NCBI GenBank assembly: GCA_965223545.1
Contig: OZ245006.1
Location: forward strand, 5,536,001 to 5,600,000
Direction of reading: 5' to 3'
Length of the DNA stretch: 64,000 nucleotides
Origin: Planctomycetota bacterium
GTDB lineage: Bacteria > Planctomycetota > UBA1135 > UBA2386
Shown here: positions 50,117-59,663 of the stretch, piece by piece
Layout: every line of letters starts with the position of its first letter
Position numbering within the stretch: the first letter of the stretch is position 1
Notes under the pieces: model-generated
Databases searched by the model: none
What the model was told of the DNA's origin: nothing
Seen by the model: the letters and a program-made list of their open reading frames with translations, nothing else
Program-made: the position numbers and the translations under genes

Positions 50117-51993
50117 GAGTGCAGCTCCTGCAGCAGCGCTACGACGTCGCATCCCTCGTGCGCGAACAGGACGCCGTCGAGGTCCGGCGCCGGTGCGCCG
50201 GCGACGACCAGCGCCGGCGGGTTCGCGCGGTCGGCGGTGGCGGCGCGCGCGGCGCGCACGGCGTCGGCGCGCTCGTCGTCGTCGCAGCACAAGCCGATGA
50301 CCGTGGCGTCGGCGGGAACCGGCATTCCCGAGGTGAGCTCGACCACCTCGAAGTCTCCGGCGGTCAGCAAGTCGCGCAACCAGTCGGCCCGCGCGCGCGC
50401 CCGGCCACCGGTGCCCGGCGGCATCAGCGCGGCGGTTGGCGGGGCCTTCGTCCGGAGTTGCTCGAACGCGTGCACGTCGGTGTGCGCCGCTGGCCGCAGG
50501 GGTTCGGCCGGCAAGTCGGAGCGCGCGACCGAGGCCGCCAGTGACACCTCGGCTGCGGCCGCGGCCGCCGCGCGCTCCGCGTGCCGCCGCGCGCGCTCCG
50601 CGTCGGTGGGGGCCGCGGGGCGCGGGCCCTCGAGCGACGGCGCGGCGAAGCGACTGATGCCGACCCGCACCCGGCGCCGGCTGCGGTAGTCGTCGTCGCG
50701 CGCGCGTCGATGCTCGGCAACTCGCGCCTCGAGCCAGGCGATGGCCGCCGCGCTGCCGAGTCCGCCACGCGTCTCGAGTGCGCGGAGGGTCTGCCAGGCC
50801 GAGTCGGCGATCTCCTCGGTCAGCGCCTCGATCGCGAACGCGCCAGCCAGCGGGTCGTCGACCTTGTCGAGGAAGGCTTCTTCTCGCAGCAGGGCGTGCT
50901 GGTGCAGCGCGCGGGCTCTGGCCGCGGCATCCACGCGGTCGAGGTCGCTCTCGTCGGGCGGCAGAACGAGCGCGTCGGCGCCGCCGCACACCGCCGCCGT
51001 CGCCGCGATCGCGGTGCGCAGCAAATTGGTGCGAGGGTCCGGGCCGGCGAGCGCCCGCCGGCTGGTGGTCGCGCAGACGAAGGGGGTGCGCGCGGATTCC
51101 GGTAGCGCGAACGCCCGCGCCACTGCCGTCCAGCCGAGGCGCAGGGCGCGCAGCTTGGCGACCTCGGTCAGCAGGTCGGTGCCGACCGCGCACCGGGCCG
51201 TCATCCGCGCCGCGACCTCGGCGGGCGCGATCGCGCCGTCGGGCACAGCGCGCAGCGCGGCCGCGGCGCTGGCCAAGACCACCCCGATCTCGAGCGCCGG
51301 CCCCGCGCCGGCGTCGTGGATCGGCGTGCCGTCGGCGCACAGCGCCCGGCTCTCGGCAGACAGCGCGCGGCACCGGCGCACGGCAGCGCGTGCCACGCGC
51401 CAATGCGCCGCGTCCGTCGGACGCAAGCCGTCGGCCGGCGCGAACACGGCCTCGATCCTCAGGCGGGAGGGATCGATGCCGCGCGCCCGCGCCAGGTCGA
51501 CGACGGCCGCGTGCAGCTCCGCCGCGGCCACTCCACCGTCGATGGCGATGCCGACCGCGGCCAGGTCGACACCGCGCAGCACGACGTCCAGCTCGTCGAT
51601 GTCGCCGAGCGAGAGTCCGCCGGCGCCGGCAAGTGGCGCGGCGGCGTCGAGGGCGGCCACCGGGTCCTGGCCCGCCCGTCCGTGCGCATCCAGGCGCAGC
51701 TCCAAGAAATCCGCACCGCCCTCGACGGCGTCCCCAACCCAGGTTTCAGCCGCACCCGGCTCGGGTGCCGCGATCAAAGCTCGCACCTGCCAACCAGCGC
51801 GCGCGCGCGGCGGCGGCCGGGGGGTCGGAGGCCGTTCGGAGTGCAGGGCGCGCAGCGTCAGACCCGGCTCCAGCGGGCCCTGTGCGGCGTCGACACCGTT
51901 CTCGCCGAGGGTTTGTGCCGCCGCAATGCACCACGCCTCGCGGGTCGCGGGCTCGAACGCGGGGCCTGGCCCGAAGCCGGGTTGGTCTGGCAT
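50113..51993 (-). CDS. mutA: Methylmalonyl-CoA mutase small (non-catalytic) subunit
   Basis: [46 protein letters not shown]; no DxHxxG. Confidence 0.9.
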
Positions 51994-52190
51994 CGCGTGC
52001 ACTCTACCCGCCCGGGTGCTCAGACAAGTCGTACAAACGTAGTGCAGACAACACCCTACACGCAGTGGTGGTCCGATCGTGATGCGGGCTGGTCCGGGGT
52101 TGCGCGCGCCGGCACAGCCGTAGGCTCTGCATGAAGAGTGCGTGAAGAAGCTGCTCCCACTGTCACGCCTGACACACGCGATCAATCACG

Positions 52191-55100
52191 ATGATGTTGG
52201 GCATTCCGTCACCTGATGTACTGGTCAGCTTGGCGGCCAGCGTGGCGCAAGGGGCTGCGCTGGTCGCGGTGATTGCCGGCCGAGTGCTGCTGGGGCGCCG
52301 CGAGAGCGCGTCCGACGACGACCCCGAGGCGGGCAAGGGCGGTGCCAGGCTCGCCGCTTGGGGCTTCGGCATCGCGTTCGCGGCGACCGCCGTCGGCTTC
52401 GTCGTCTACCACTCGAGCGTGGTCGACGCCCGCCAGCGCAGGCTGTCCACCAACCTGTACCGCAGCTCGACCGAAGCGGGGGTGGCGGTGGGCGATACGT
52501 CGCTCAAGACGCTCGGTTTCAGCGCCCAGAACGCCCATCCACGCGGCTTCGACAGCCAAGATCTCGCTGCGCGACTGGCCAGTGGAACCCCTCCGCCCCT
52601 CTTCGACGTGCGGGAGCCCGAGGAGACCGAGGCCGGCGTCATCGCCGGCAGTGTTCACCACCGCTACCCGGATCTGTTGCGCGACCGCTCGGTGCTGACG
52701 GCCGCGGCGGGCACTCCGGTCTTGGTGTGCTACTCCGGCAACCGCAGCTCCGAGCTCGCCGACACGTTTGCCGAACAGGGCATCGAGTGCCGCTTCTTGA
52801 TCGGCGGCTACGAGAAGTGGTTGGCCGAGGGGCGGCCGCTGGTGGGCGGGGTCGAGCGCAGCAGCCTGCGCGCGCTGCCGGAGTTCCCCAACCGGGACAC
52901 GTTGCTCGATACCCCCGAGGTGCAAGAGCTCGCCGAAGCGGGCGACCTGGTCCTCGTCGATGTGCGCTACCCGGAGGACCTGCGCGCGCACGCGCTGCCC
53001 GGCGTGCACAACATCACCCTCCGGCGGCTGACCACGCCCGAGGTGGAGACCGCGCTCCGCGGCCTGCCCGAAGGGCCCGTGGTCGCCGTTTGCTACGACA
53101 AGCGCGGTTCGTTCTACGGCCAGATCCTCGGCCTGCGCATGCACCGCATGGGGCGTGACTTCCGCGGTCGCTACACGGTGCCGCACGAGTACTGGCGACC
53201 GGTCGCCGCGCGGGCGCACGTCGCCGCTTGGCAGGAGGCGCAGCGGGCGCGGAGCTTGCTCGATCTGGTGCGCGAGCCGTTGGCGGCAGCGCTGACCTGG
53301 CTGCGCGATTGGCTGCCGGCCGCGTCGCTGGTCGGCGCGATCGCGTTGCTCGTGCTCGCGCTGCGGCTGGTCATGTTGCCGTTGACCTGGAAGGCGGACG
53401 TCGATCAGCGGGTGCGGGAGGACTTGGCGCCGCGCCTGGCCGCGCTGCGGGCGCGGCTGGCCGACGAGCCGGCGCGGCGCACCCGCGCGCTGCTGGCGGC
53501 CCAGCGCGACGCCGGCCTGACCCCGTTGCGCAACTTCTTGGGCACGTTGGCCATCGTCGTGCTGTTCTTGGTCATGTTCGGCGTCGTCGACGCCGAGGCG
53601 GCGGCGCGCCCGGACGGGTTTGCCTGGATGGCGGATTTGCGACAGCCCGACCCGTGGCTCGCGGTCGTGGTCGGCGGGCTGAGCGCGGCGGTGCTCGCAG
53701 TGAAGATGCGGTTCCGCAGGCCGTGGATCGGCGTCCTCGTCGGCGCGGCCTTCTGTGCGTTGTTGGTGTGGATCTGCCTGCAGTGCAGCGCGGCGGTCAG
53801 CATCTACCTGATCATCAACTTGGCGTTGGTGCTGCTACTGGAGGGCGCGGTTCGGTGGTGGTGGCGGCGGCGCCATCCGCCGCGCCCCGCGGTGCGCGCG
53901 GCAGTCGAGCTGCCGGCCAATGGCCTGTTGCCGCTGCGGGACGCCGCCGCGCTCGGCGCCGCCGGCGGCAAGGCGCGGCGGTTGGGTGAGCTCGTCCAAC
54001 TCGGGCTGCCGGTGCCCGACGGCTTCGTGCTGCTGGACGATGCGGCGGGGGCGGACGAAGTGCTCGCCGCGTTCGACCGGCTCGGCTGCGACGAGGTCGC
54101 GGTGCGCAGCTCCGGCGTCGACGAGGACGGCGCCGAACACAGCTTTGCCGGCGTGTTCGACACCGAGCTGCACGTCGGCCGCGCGCAGCTGCTGGCCGCC
54201 GTCGAGCGAGTGCGCGGCTCCGCGATGTCGGCGCGGGCGACCGCGTACGCCGGGCAGCAGACGGCGGCGATTCCGGTGCTCGTGCAGGCGATGGTGCCCG
54301 CCGAGCGGGCCGGCGTGCTCTTCACCGAGGACCCGACCTGTACGGGACTGGCCTGTGTCGAGATGATCGACGGCGTCGGCGAGGATCTGGTCAGTGGCCG
54401 TAGGACGCCCAAGACGCTGCGCTTCGGTCGGCTGAGCGGGCGTTGCCTCGACGGGGCGCCGCCGATGGATCTGGGTCCACTGTTGGCGTTGGGGGCGCGG
54501 CTCGAACGGCACTTCGGCGGCCCGCAGGACGTCGAGTGGGCTTGGGTTGGCGGCGAGTACCGGCTGCTGCAGGCGAGGGACATCACCGTGCGCGCCACGG
54601 GGGCGGATTCGCCGGCCGCGCGCCTCGAAGGCGAGCGCCGCCGGTTGATGGACCGTTGGCTCGATGACCGGCGAGAGCCGGATGCGGCGCTGCTCGAGCA
54701 GGACGAGCTGGCCGAGCTGCTGCCCCGACCGACCGCCTACAGTGCCGAGCTGATGGAGGCGCTGTGGGCGGTGGACGGCAGCGTCGATCGCGCCGGCCGG
54801 GCGCTGGGGGTTCCGTACGAAGTGCGCGAGGACAGCCCGAGCTACACCGTGACCGCGTTCGGCCGCACCTTCGTCGACGTGGCTGAGCGCGAGCGCCGGC
54901 GGGGCGCCGGCTTGCCCGCGCGCACCGCCTTCCGGCTCACGCTGCGGCTCGAGCGTCTCGAGCGGAGTGCGCGCGGCTGGCTCGGCCGCTTCGAGCAGGC
55001 CGCCGTGCGGCGGGCAGCGATCGATGCCGGCCGGTTGCCGCTCGCCGAACTGCTGTCGATGCTGAGCGAGACGAGAGCTCGGTTCGTGGCCGAGTCGTAT

Positions 55101-56462
55101 GCGCGGGCGGAGCAGATCAACATCTTGGCCGATGCGGCGGTGCGCCAGGCCCGCACCCGACTGGGCCGCGCCGGTCTCGATGCGGCCGAGCACCTCGGTG
55201 CCCCCGTGGAGCACACCGTGGTGCACCGCGCGTGGCAGCGGCTCGGCGATCGGGACTGCTCGGTCGAGGACGCGGTCGCTGGCTTTCTGGCGGAGTTCGC
55301 GCACCGCGCGCCGCACGATTTCGAGCTGTCGGCCCCGCGCTACGGCGAGCAGCCGGAGCGCATGGCGCGCTACGTCGAGCGGTTGCGGCGGGTCAAGGAG
55401 GATGCCGGCGCTCCCGTCGATGTCCCCGCCGATGTCCCCGCCGATGCCGGTGGCGGGTCGGCGGGCACCAGTGATGCCGAACGCGTCCGCCTGCCGCGCA
55501 CAGCCGCGCTCTGTGTCGAGCGCGCACAGCGCTGGCAGGAGCTCAAGGAGGCCGCGAAGCACGCGTGCCTGCGCGAGGTCTCGCTGTTGCGGTCGCTGCT
55601 CTTGGAGCTTGGCGAGCGCACCGGCTTGCAAGAAGCGGTCTTCGACCTGCGCAGCGACGAGCTCGCGCGGCTCGATGACCCAGCCGCGGTCGCCGACCTC
55701 CTGCGCGAGGCGCAGCAGCGGGCCGCGGCCCGGCGGGAGTGGGCCGCGCTCGAGCTGCCCCCCGTCATCACCGCGGCCGAGCTCGAGGTCGTGGGCTCAC
55801 CACTCGCGGCGGCGGCGCCGTCGGCCGAGCGGGACGGCGCGCTGGCCGGGGCGCGGGTCGCGGGCAGCGGCGATGTCGTCGGCACGGTGCGCTGCATGGC
55901 GGAGGGCGATCCACACGACGCGCTGCGGCCGGGCGAGATCCTCGTCACTCGGTGTACGGATCCGGAGTGGAGCCCGTTGTTCGCCGTCGCCGGTGGCATC
56001 GTCACCGAGATCGGCGGCTGGCTGAGCCACGCCGCGATCTTGGCGCGCGAGTGCGGGCTGCCGGCGATCGTCGGTGCCGTCGGCGCCAGCCAGCGGCTGC
56101 GCACCGGTGATGTCGTCCGGCTCGGCATCGATGGTGGGATCGAGGTCCTGCAGGAACGCCGCGCGGCACCGCGGGTGGCGGTCGACGAAAAGGTCTGGCT
56201 GCGCTGGGCTGGCGGCGCGCGCGTCGGCGCCCGCCTGCTCAACGCGAGCCGCGCAGGGCTGCGCGTGCGCGTGCCCAAGGGCGCGCCGCCGTTGGGTGCC
56301 GAGGTCGTCGTCGACTGGGGTGCCGCCGACGGCCTGCGCGGGCAGGTCGCTTCCAACGGAGTCTGTGACGAGGCGGGTTTGGCCATCGAGCCCTGCGCGG
56401 CGCTGGAGCGACAGCTCGACCGGTCACGGCGTTTGGCGGAGGCCCGGCGCCGCGGCGGTTGA
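52191..56462 (+). CDS. Fusion protein: two rhodanese domains + YidC/Oxa1-like membrane domain + PEP-synthase-type ATP-grasp and phospho-His domains + PilZ
   Basis: DVREPEE/CYSGNRS; DVRYP/CYDKR; LRLVMLPL...WMADLRQPDP; GGKA, VRSS, SFAG, QDVEW, QAR; GGWLSHAAILARE; RRAAPR...NASRAG. Confidence 0.85.
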   Translation: MMLGIPSPDVLVSLAASVAQGAALVAVIAGRVLLGRRESASDDDPEAGKGGARLAAWGFGIAFAATAVGFVVYHSSVVDARQRRLSTNLYRSSTEAGVAVGDTSLKTLGFSAQNAHPRGFDSQDLAARLASGTPPPLFDVREPEETEAGVIAGSVHHRYPDLLRDRSVLTAAAGTPVLVCYSGNRSSELADTFAEQGIECRFLIGGYEKWLAEGRPLVGGVERSSLRALPEFPNRDTLLDTPEVQELAEAGDLVLVDVRYPEDLRAHALPGVHNITLRRLTTPEVETALRGLPEGPVVAVCYDKRGSFYGQILGLRMHRMGRDFRGRYTVPHEYWRPVAARAHVAAWQEAQRARSLLDLVREPLAAALTWLRDWLPAASLVGAIALLVLALRLVMLPLTWKADVDQRVREDLAPRLAALRARLADEPARRTRALLAAQRDAGLTPLRNFLGTLAIVVLFLVMFGVVDAEAAARPDGFAWMADLRQPDPWLAVVVGGLSAAVLAVKMRFRRPWIGVLVGAAFCALLVWICLQCSAAVSIYLIINLALVLLLEGAVRWWWRRRHPPRPAVRAAVELPANGLLPLRDAAALGAAGGKARRLGELVQLGLPVPDGFVLLDDAAGADEVLAAFDRLGCDEVAVRSSGVDEDGAEHSFAGVFDTELHVGRAQLLAAVERVRGSAMSARATAYAGQQTAAIPVLVQAMVPAERAGVLFTEDPTCTGLACVEMIDGVGEDLVSGRRTPKTLRFGRLSGRCLDGAPPMDLGPLLALGARLERHFGGPQDVEWAWVGGEYRLLQARDITVRATGADSPAARLEGERRRLMDRWLDDRREPDAALLEQDELAELLPRPTAYSAELMEALWAVDGSVDRAGRALGVPYEVREDSPSYTVTAFGRTFVDVAERERRRGAGLPARTAFRLTLRLERLERSARGWLGRFEQAAVRRAAIDAGRLPLAELLSMLSETRARFVAESYARAEQINILADAAVRQARTRLGRAGLDAAEHLGAPVEHTVVHRAWQRLGDRDCSVEDAVAGFLAEFAHRAPHDFELSAPRYGEQPERMARYVERLRRVKEDAGAPVDVPADVPADAGGGSAGTSDAERVRLPRTAALCVERAQRWQELKEAAKHACLREVSLLRSLLLELGERTGLQEAVFDLRSDELARLDDPAAVADLLREAQQRAAARREWAALELPPVITAAELEVVGSPLAAAAPSAERDGALAGARVAGSGDVVGTVRCMAEGDPHDALRPGEILVTRCTDPEWSPLFAVAGGIVTEIGGWLSHAAILARECGLPAIVGAVGASQRLRTGDVVRLGIDGGIEVLQERRAAPRVAVDEKVWLRWAGGARVGARLLNASRAGLRVRVPKGAPPLGAEVVVDWGAADGLRGQVASNGVCDEAGLAIEPCAALERQLDRSRRLAEARRRGG

Positions 56463-56474
56463 GGGGTTTGGCGG

Positions 56475-57200
56475 CTACCGGCGGCTCTCTCGAGCGAGCC
56501 TCCTCTGCACGGCGCCGCTCTGGAGTTCCCGCAGGGCGTGAGTGCCGATCCACCGGCAAGTCGAGTGCTCGACTTTGGCCAGGCGCTGCGCGGTCTCGAT
56601 CGCGGCGCCGTTGAGCGCGCGGTTGCGCTTGCCGATCGCGCGGAGTGCCATGTTCACCGCCTTCTTGACGAAGTGGCGGTCATCGTGGGCTTCGGCCACG
56701 ATCAACTTCAGGCCATCGCGAAACTGCTTGTCGGGGGCTTCCTTGTCGTGGACGGACAGCGCCCAGAGCAGGGCGAACGCCCCGCGCTTCTTGAACTCGG
56801 GCTTTGCCTTCGCCCATTGCGGCACTCTTCCCCAAGCGTGTGCGGTCCGGTCGAACAACTGAAAGCACAGCGTGTCGACCAGCGCCCAGTTGTCGCAGGC
56901 GGAGATCCACGCGTTCATCTGGCCGACGGTCACCTGCACGGGTTCGTCGACCAGCGTCGCGAGCAACCTCGCTTCGTAGCGTCCGGTGGCCCAGAGCTCT
57001 TGGCCAAGCTCGTGGCTCTTCCCGATCTCTTTGGCGTACTTCCTGAGATCACCCATGGACACCCCGAACGGCCGGGTGGCGGTGATGCCGTAGCGGTCGA
57101 GTTCTTTGGCTTGCTGCTTCGTGCCACGTCGCTCGAGCCAACCGAGCGCCTCTTTGACGGTGACCGTGGCGGTCGCGCTACCTTTCCTTCGAGTGCTCAT
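56475..57200 (-). CDS. AlkD-like DNA alkylation repair protein
   Basis: FGVSMGDLR, LWATGRYEARLLA, DNWALVD, DDRHFVKKAVNMALRAIGKRN. Confidence 0.9.
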   Translation of the reverse strand: MSTRRKGSATATVTVKEALGWLERRGTKQQAKELDRYGITATRPFGVSMGDLRKYAKEIGKSHELGQELWATGRYEARLLATLVDEPVQVTVGQMNAWISACDNWALVDTLCFQLFDRTAHAWGRVPQWAKAKPEFKKRGAFALLWALSVHDKEAPDKQFRDGLKLIVAEAHDDRHFVKKAVNMALRAIGKRNRALNGAAIETAQRLAKVEHSTCRWIGTHALRELQSGAVQRRLARESRR

Positions 57201-57316
57201 GGCTTCGGCGGCCCGGTTTTAGTCGTTTCTTTGGCTGTTCGACAACGTTCGAGCACCGCTGCTTGCCGCTCGGCGGCGCTTCGCCGATCATCGCCGCCCG
57301 TCGCTCTGCGTCGCGA

Positions 57317-57646
57317 TGAGCCTCAGGGTCCGCAAATCTTCGCGCGGCGACAACCTTTCGAAAGGCTCGATGCCGCTGAAACTTCGACAACGCAGCTCCC
57401 GGAGGCTCGAAGACAACACTGGCCTCCGGGCTCAGCGCGGCCGCCGGCGACCGCGGGACCCACGACCGACGCTCGGGTCGCGGAATGCTCCGTGTTTGGT
57501 TGCGGCCTCGGCCGCGCTGAGCCTCAGGGTCCGCAAATCTTCGCGCGGCGACAACCTTTCGGAAGGCTCGATGCCGCTGGAACTTCGACAACGCAGCTCC
57601 CGGAGGCTCAAAGACAACACTGGCCTCTGCGCTCAGCGCGGCCGCC
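57317..57646 (+). repeat. Second array of the same repeat family: one 201-bp unit plus about 130 bp of a second
   Basis: TGAGCCTCAGGG at 57317 and 57518; shares GCGGCGACAAC, CCGGAGGCTC, GCTCAGCGCGGC and GTTTGGTTGCGGCC-NN-GGCCGCGC with the 42 kb units. Confidence 0.93.
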
Positions 57647-57714
57647 CGGGACCGCTAGAATCGCGGGCTCCGCTACTGTCGCGGCGCGCTCGGCCTTTGA
57701 TATCTCCTAAGTCA

Positions 57715-57720
57715 TGTCAA
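57715..57720 (-). promoter_or_regulatory. Outward-facing -35 hexamer at the IS110 3' end (circle-junction promoter half)
   Basis: Perfect TTGACA followed by TGACTTAGGAGAT at the element end. Confidence 0.65.
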
Positions 57721-57762
57721 GGGGTTTTCGCTGGGGCTCGACATCGCGTGTGCACGGCTTGT

Positions 57763-59265
57763 TCAGGACTCTTCCACAAGACCAGGGAAGTGTTCTTGCA
57801 TGAGATCACCGATCGGGTGAGGTTGACGTGGGGATTCCACGGCCAGGCCTGTGGCGTCCATTGGGCGGCCACTCAAGTCCCTCGTCGTCGGAGTCCCCAC
57901 TCGTCCCTGTCGCCGTTGGTCGCGCTCATGCCGCTGTGGCGCGACGATGCTGCGCGTGAACTTGGCTGCGATGAGCGCGCGCGCGGCAACCTTCGTGAGC
58001 TCGTTGCCGTCGGCGTCTCGCAGGACGTAGCGGACTTGCGTCGACGCCGGCTTGTCATCGGCGCGCTGGCTGTCGCGACGCTTCAGGAGGGCGTAGACGC
58101 GGCGCGCCATCTTGCCAGCCAATGCGATGAGGATGAGGTTGTGGTGATCACCTGCGGCGTAGCGGCGAGCGTAGTACGCCGCGAAATCCGGATCCCACTG
58201 GCGAGCGACGTCAGCTGCTAGGTAGAGGTACTTCTTGAGTACTCGTTGGCCGGTTTTGGTGATTGGCATCGAGGGGTCGCTCATGCCCGTCTGCTTCCGG
58301 CGTGGACACAGTCCGCAGTAGCTCACGAACTTCTTGCCGTTCGAGAACCGCGCGATGTCGCCTACCAAGGCTTCGATGGCCGCAGCGATCGTGGGACCGA
58401 CGCCGCGCAGTTGCTCGAGTGTTCGGTCAGGATCGACGCCCAGGTAGAGCTTCTTGATCTTTGCGTCGAGCTTGCGAACGTCCGTGTTCTTGCGCTCGAT
58501 CTCATCCAGCTCGTACACCACATCCTCTTGGATGGCCTCGTAGTCGAACGGCATCTGCCCCGCAGCTCGCAGCTCAGCGTAGTACTCGGCGGCCTGTCGG
58601 CAGGACTCGAGCACGCGGTCGACCAAGCACGGGTCATGCGTTCCCTTGGATCGCTTCGTCAAGAAGCGCTCCAAGCGACTCTTCCCAAGGCCGACCGCTT
58701 TCACCGGATCGACGTAGCGCCGCAGAAACCCCATCTTAGCGGCACTGAACTTCTCTGCCCCCAAGGCCTTCATGAGGCTGGGATTCGCCAGTACCAGTAT
58801 CGCGTGCACACGACGCTTGTGGTCGCTGAGCTCGCGCGCCAACCGCTCACGCCGCTTCACGAGTCGACGGATCGTCGTCTCGTCGGCAGTTGGAACACGC
58901 AGCTGGTGGACGCCCTTTGGATCCATCTGCGGCAGACGCGCAGCGGCCTCGGCGTCTACTACGTCGGTTTTGGTGTGCTTGCTATAGAACTTCCGCAGGT
59001 CGCTCAGCTTCTGTGGTTTGCTCACGTAGATCTGGAACCCTGCGGCGTTCACGTGCGCCGCGATGGGCAGCCACGCCAACCCCGTTGGTTCCATCACGAA
59101 GCTCACCGGACCCTCGGCACCTTCCTGTGCACGGCGCAGCAGAAGGTCAATACCCTCACGGCTGTTCTCGACTGAAAACGGTCTGCCCCGAGACTTCGCA
59201 CCATCCAGAACGACGGCTCGGTGCTTGCTCCTCAAGCCGAGATCCAATCCAACGAATCGATTCAT
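57763..59265 (-). CDS. IS110-family transposase/recombinase
   Basis: GLDLG, MEPTG, KTDVVD (DEDD); LRGVGP, GDIARF, YCGLCP...QTG, ITKTG, ALAGKMAR; GGAGGGG RBS. Confidence 0.96.
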   Translation of the reverse strand: MNRFVGLDLGLRSKHRAVVLDGAKSRGRPFSVENSREGIDLLLRRAQEGAEGPVSFVMEPTGLAWLPIAAHVNAAGFQIYVSKPQKLSDLRKFYSKHTKTDVVDAEAAARLPQMDPKGVHQLRVPTADETTIRRLVKRRERLARELSDHKRRVHAILVLANPSLMKALGAEKFSAAKMGFLRRYVDPVKAVGLGKSRLERFLTKRSKGTHDPCLVDRVLESCRQAAEYYAELRAAGQMPFDYEAIQEDVVYELDEIERKNTDVRKLDAKIKKLYLGVDPDRTLEQLRGVGPTIAAAIEALVGDIARFSNGKKFVSYCGLCPRRKQTGMSDPSMPITKTGQRVLKKYLYLAADVARQWDPDFAAYYARRYAAGDHHNLILIALAGKMARRVYALLKRRDSQRADDKPASTQVRYVLRDADGNELTKVAARALIAAKFTRSIVAPQRHERDQRRQGRVGTPTTRDLSGRPMDATGLAVESPRQPHPIGDLMQEHFPGLVEES

Positions 59266-59279
59266 GTCCCCTCCATGTT

Positions 59280-59510
59280 CAACGAGTGAGTGTCGACGAG
59301 AGGACTCTCCCTACCCGCGCAGTCCGCCTGAGGAGGCGAGTCGCCAAAACGGTTCGTGTTTCGGGGCCGTGATTTCTCACGCCGCCAATCTCCTAAATCG
59401 GGTCCCCCACGCGGGAGGAGAGTCGCAGAACCAAATGAGGGGCCGCTCGAAGCGCCACCATTGCGGCAGATCGCGAAACCTCTCCGTCGCACGCCGGGGG
59501 ACCCTAAGCT
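59280..59510 (-). ncRNA. Putative bridge RNA of the IS110 element
   Basis: 9-bp stem (59400-59408 with 59496-59504), GAAA-capped hairpin, and a TTAGGAGAT segment identical to the element end; limits approximate. Confidence 0.6.
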
Positions 59511-59639
59511 CTCTTGCGGCCGATGACCAGACTCCCGACACGACTCCTGCGGCTGCACCATCGCGCGAGTCTTCCACACCGCTACGGCGCGACGGGTGTG
59601 GAGAACTCTAGCTTCGCAGATCATGGAACCACACATACC

Positions 59640-59663
59640 GTTGCGGCCCCGGCCGCGTTGAGC
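59640..59663 (+). repeat. Isolated terminal hairpin of the repeat family
   Basis: GTTGCGGCC-CC-GGCCGCGTTGAGC versus unit end GTTGCGGCC-NN-GGCCGCGCTGAGC. Confidence 0.75.

Larger units (their letters stand above)
57700..59560 (-). mobile_element. IS110-family insertion sequence (upstream boundary uncertain: about 59521, 59560 or 59620)
   Basis: IS110 transposase, long 5' non-coding region, short 3' end with outward TTGACA, no terminal inverted repeats seen. Confidence 0.88.

Noticed and set aside
51994..52190. Cobalamin riboswitch upstream of the mutase genes
   Set aside because: No B12-box or other conserved riboswitch elements recognised on the minus strand
55412..55446. 12-bp tandem repeat (PVDVPADVPADA)
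   Set aside because: Ordinary in-frame linker expansion
52191..56462. Rifampicin resistance gene (rph) or housekeeping yidC/ppsA
   Set aside because: Only shared catalytic modules are recognisable; the substrate domain cannot be assigned and the architecture differs
57316..58221. 301-aa + strand ORF as a gene
   Set aside because: Made of repeat units plus the antisense of the IS110 transposase
59573..59602. Inverted repeat TCCACACC...GGTGTGGA as an IS terminal repeat or terminator
   Set aside because: No counterpart at the other IS end and no U-tract; role unresolved
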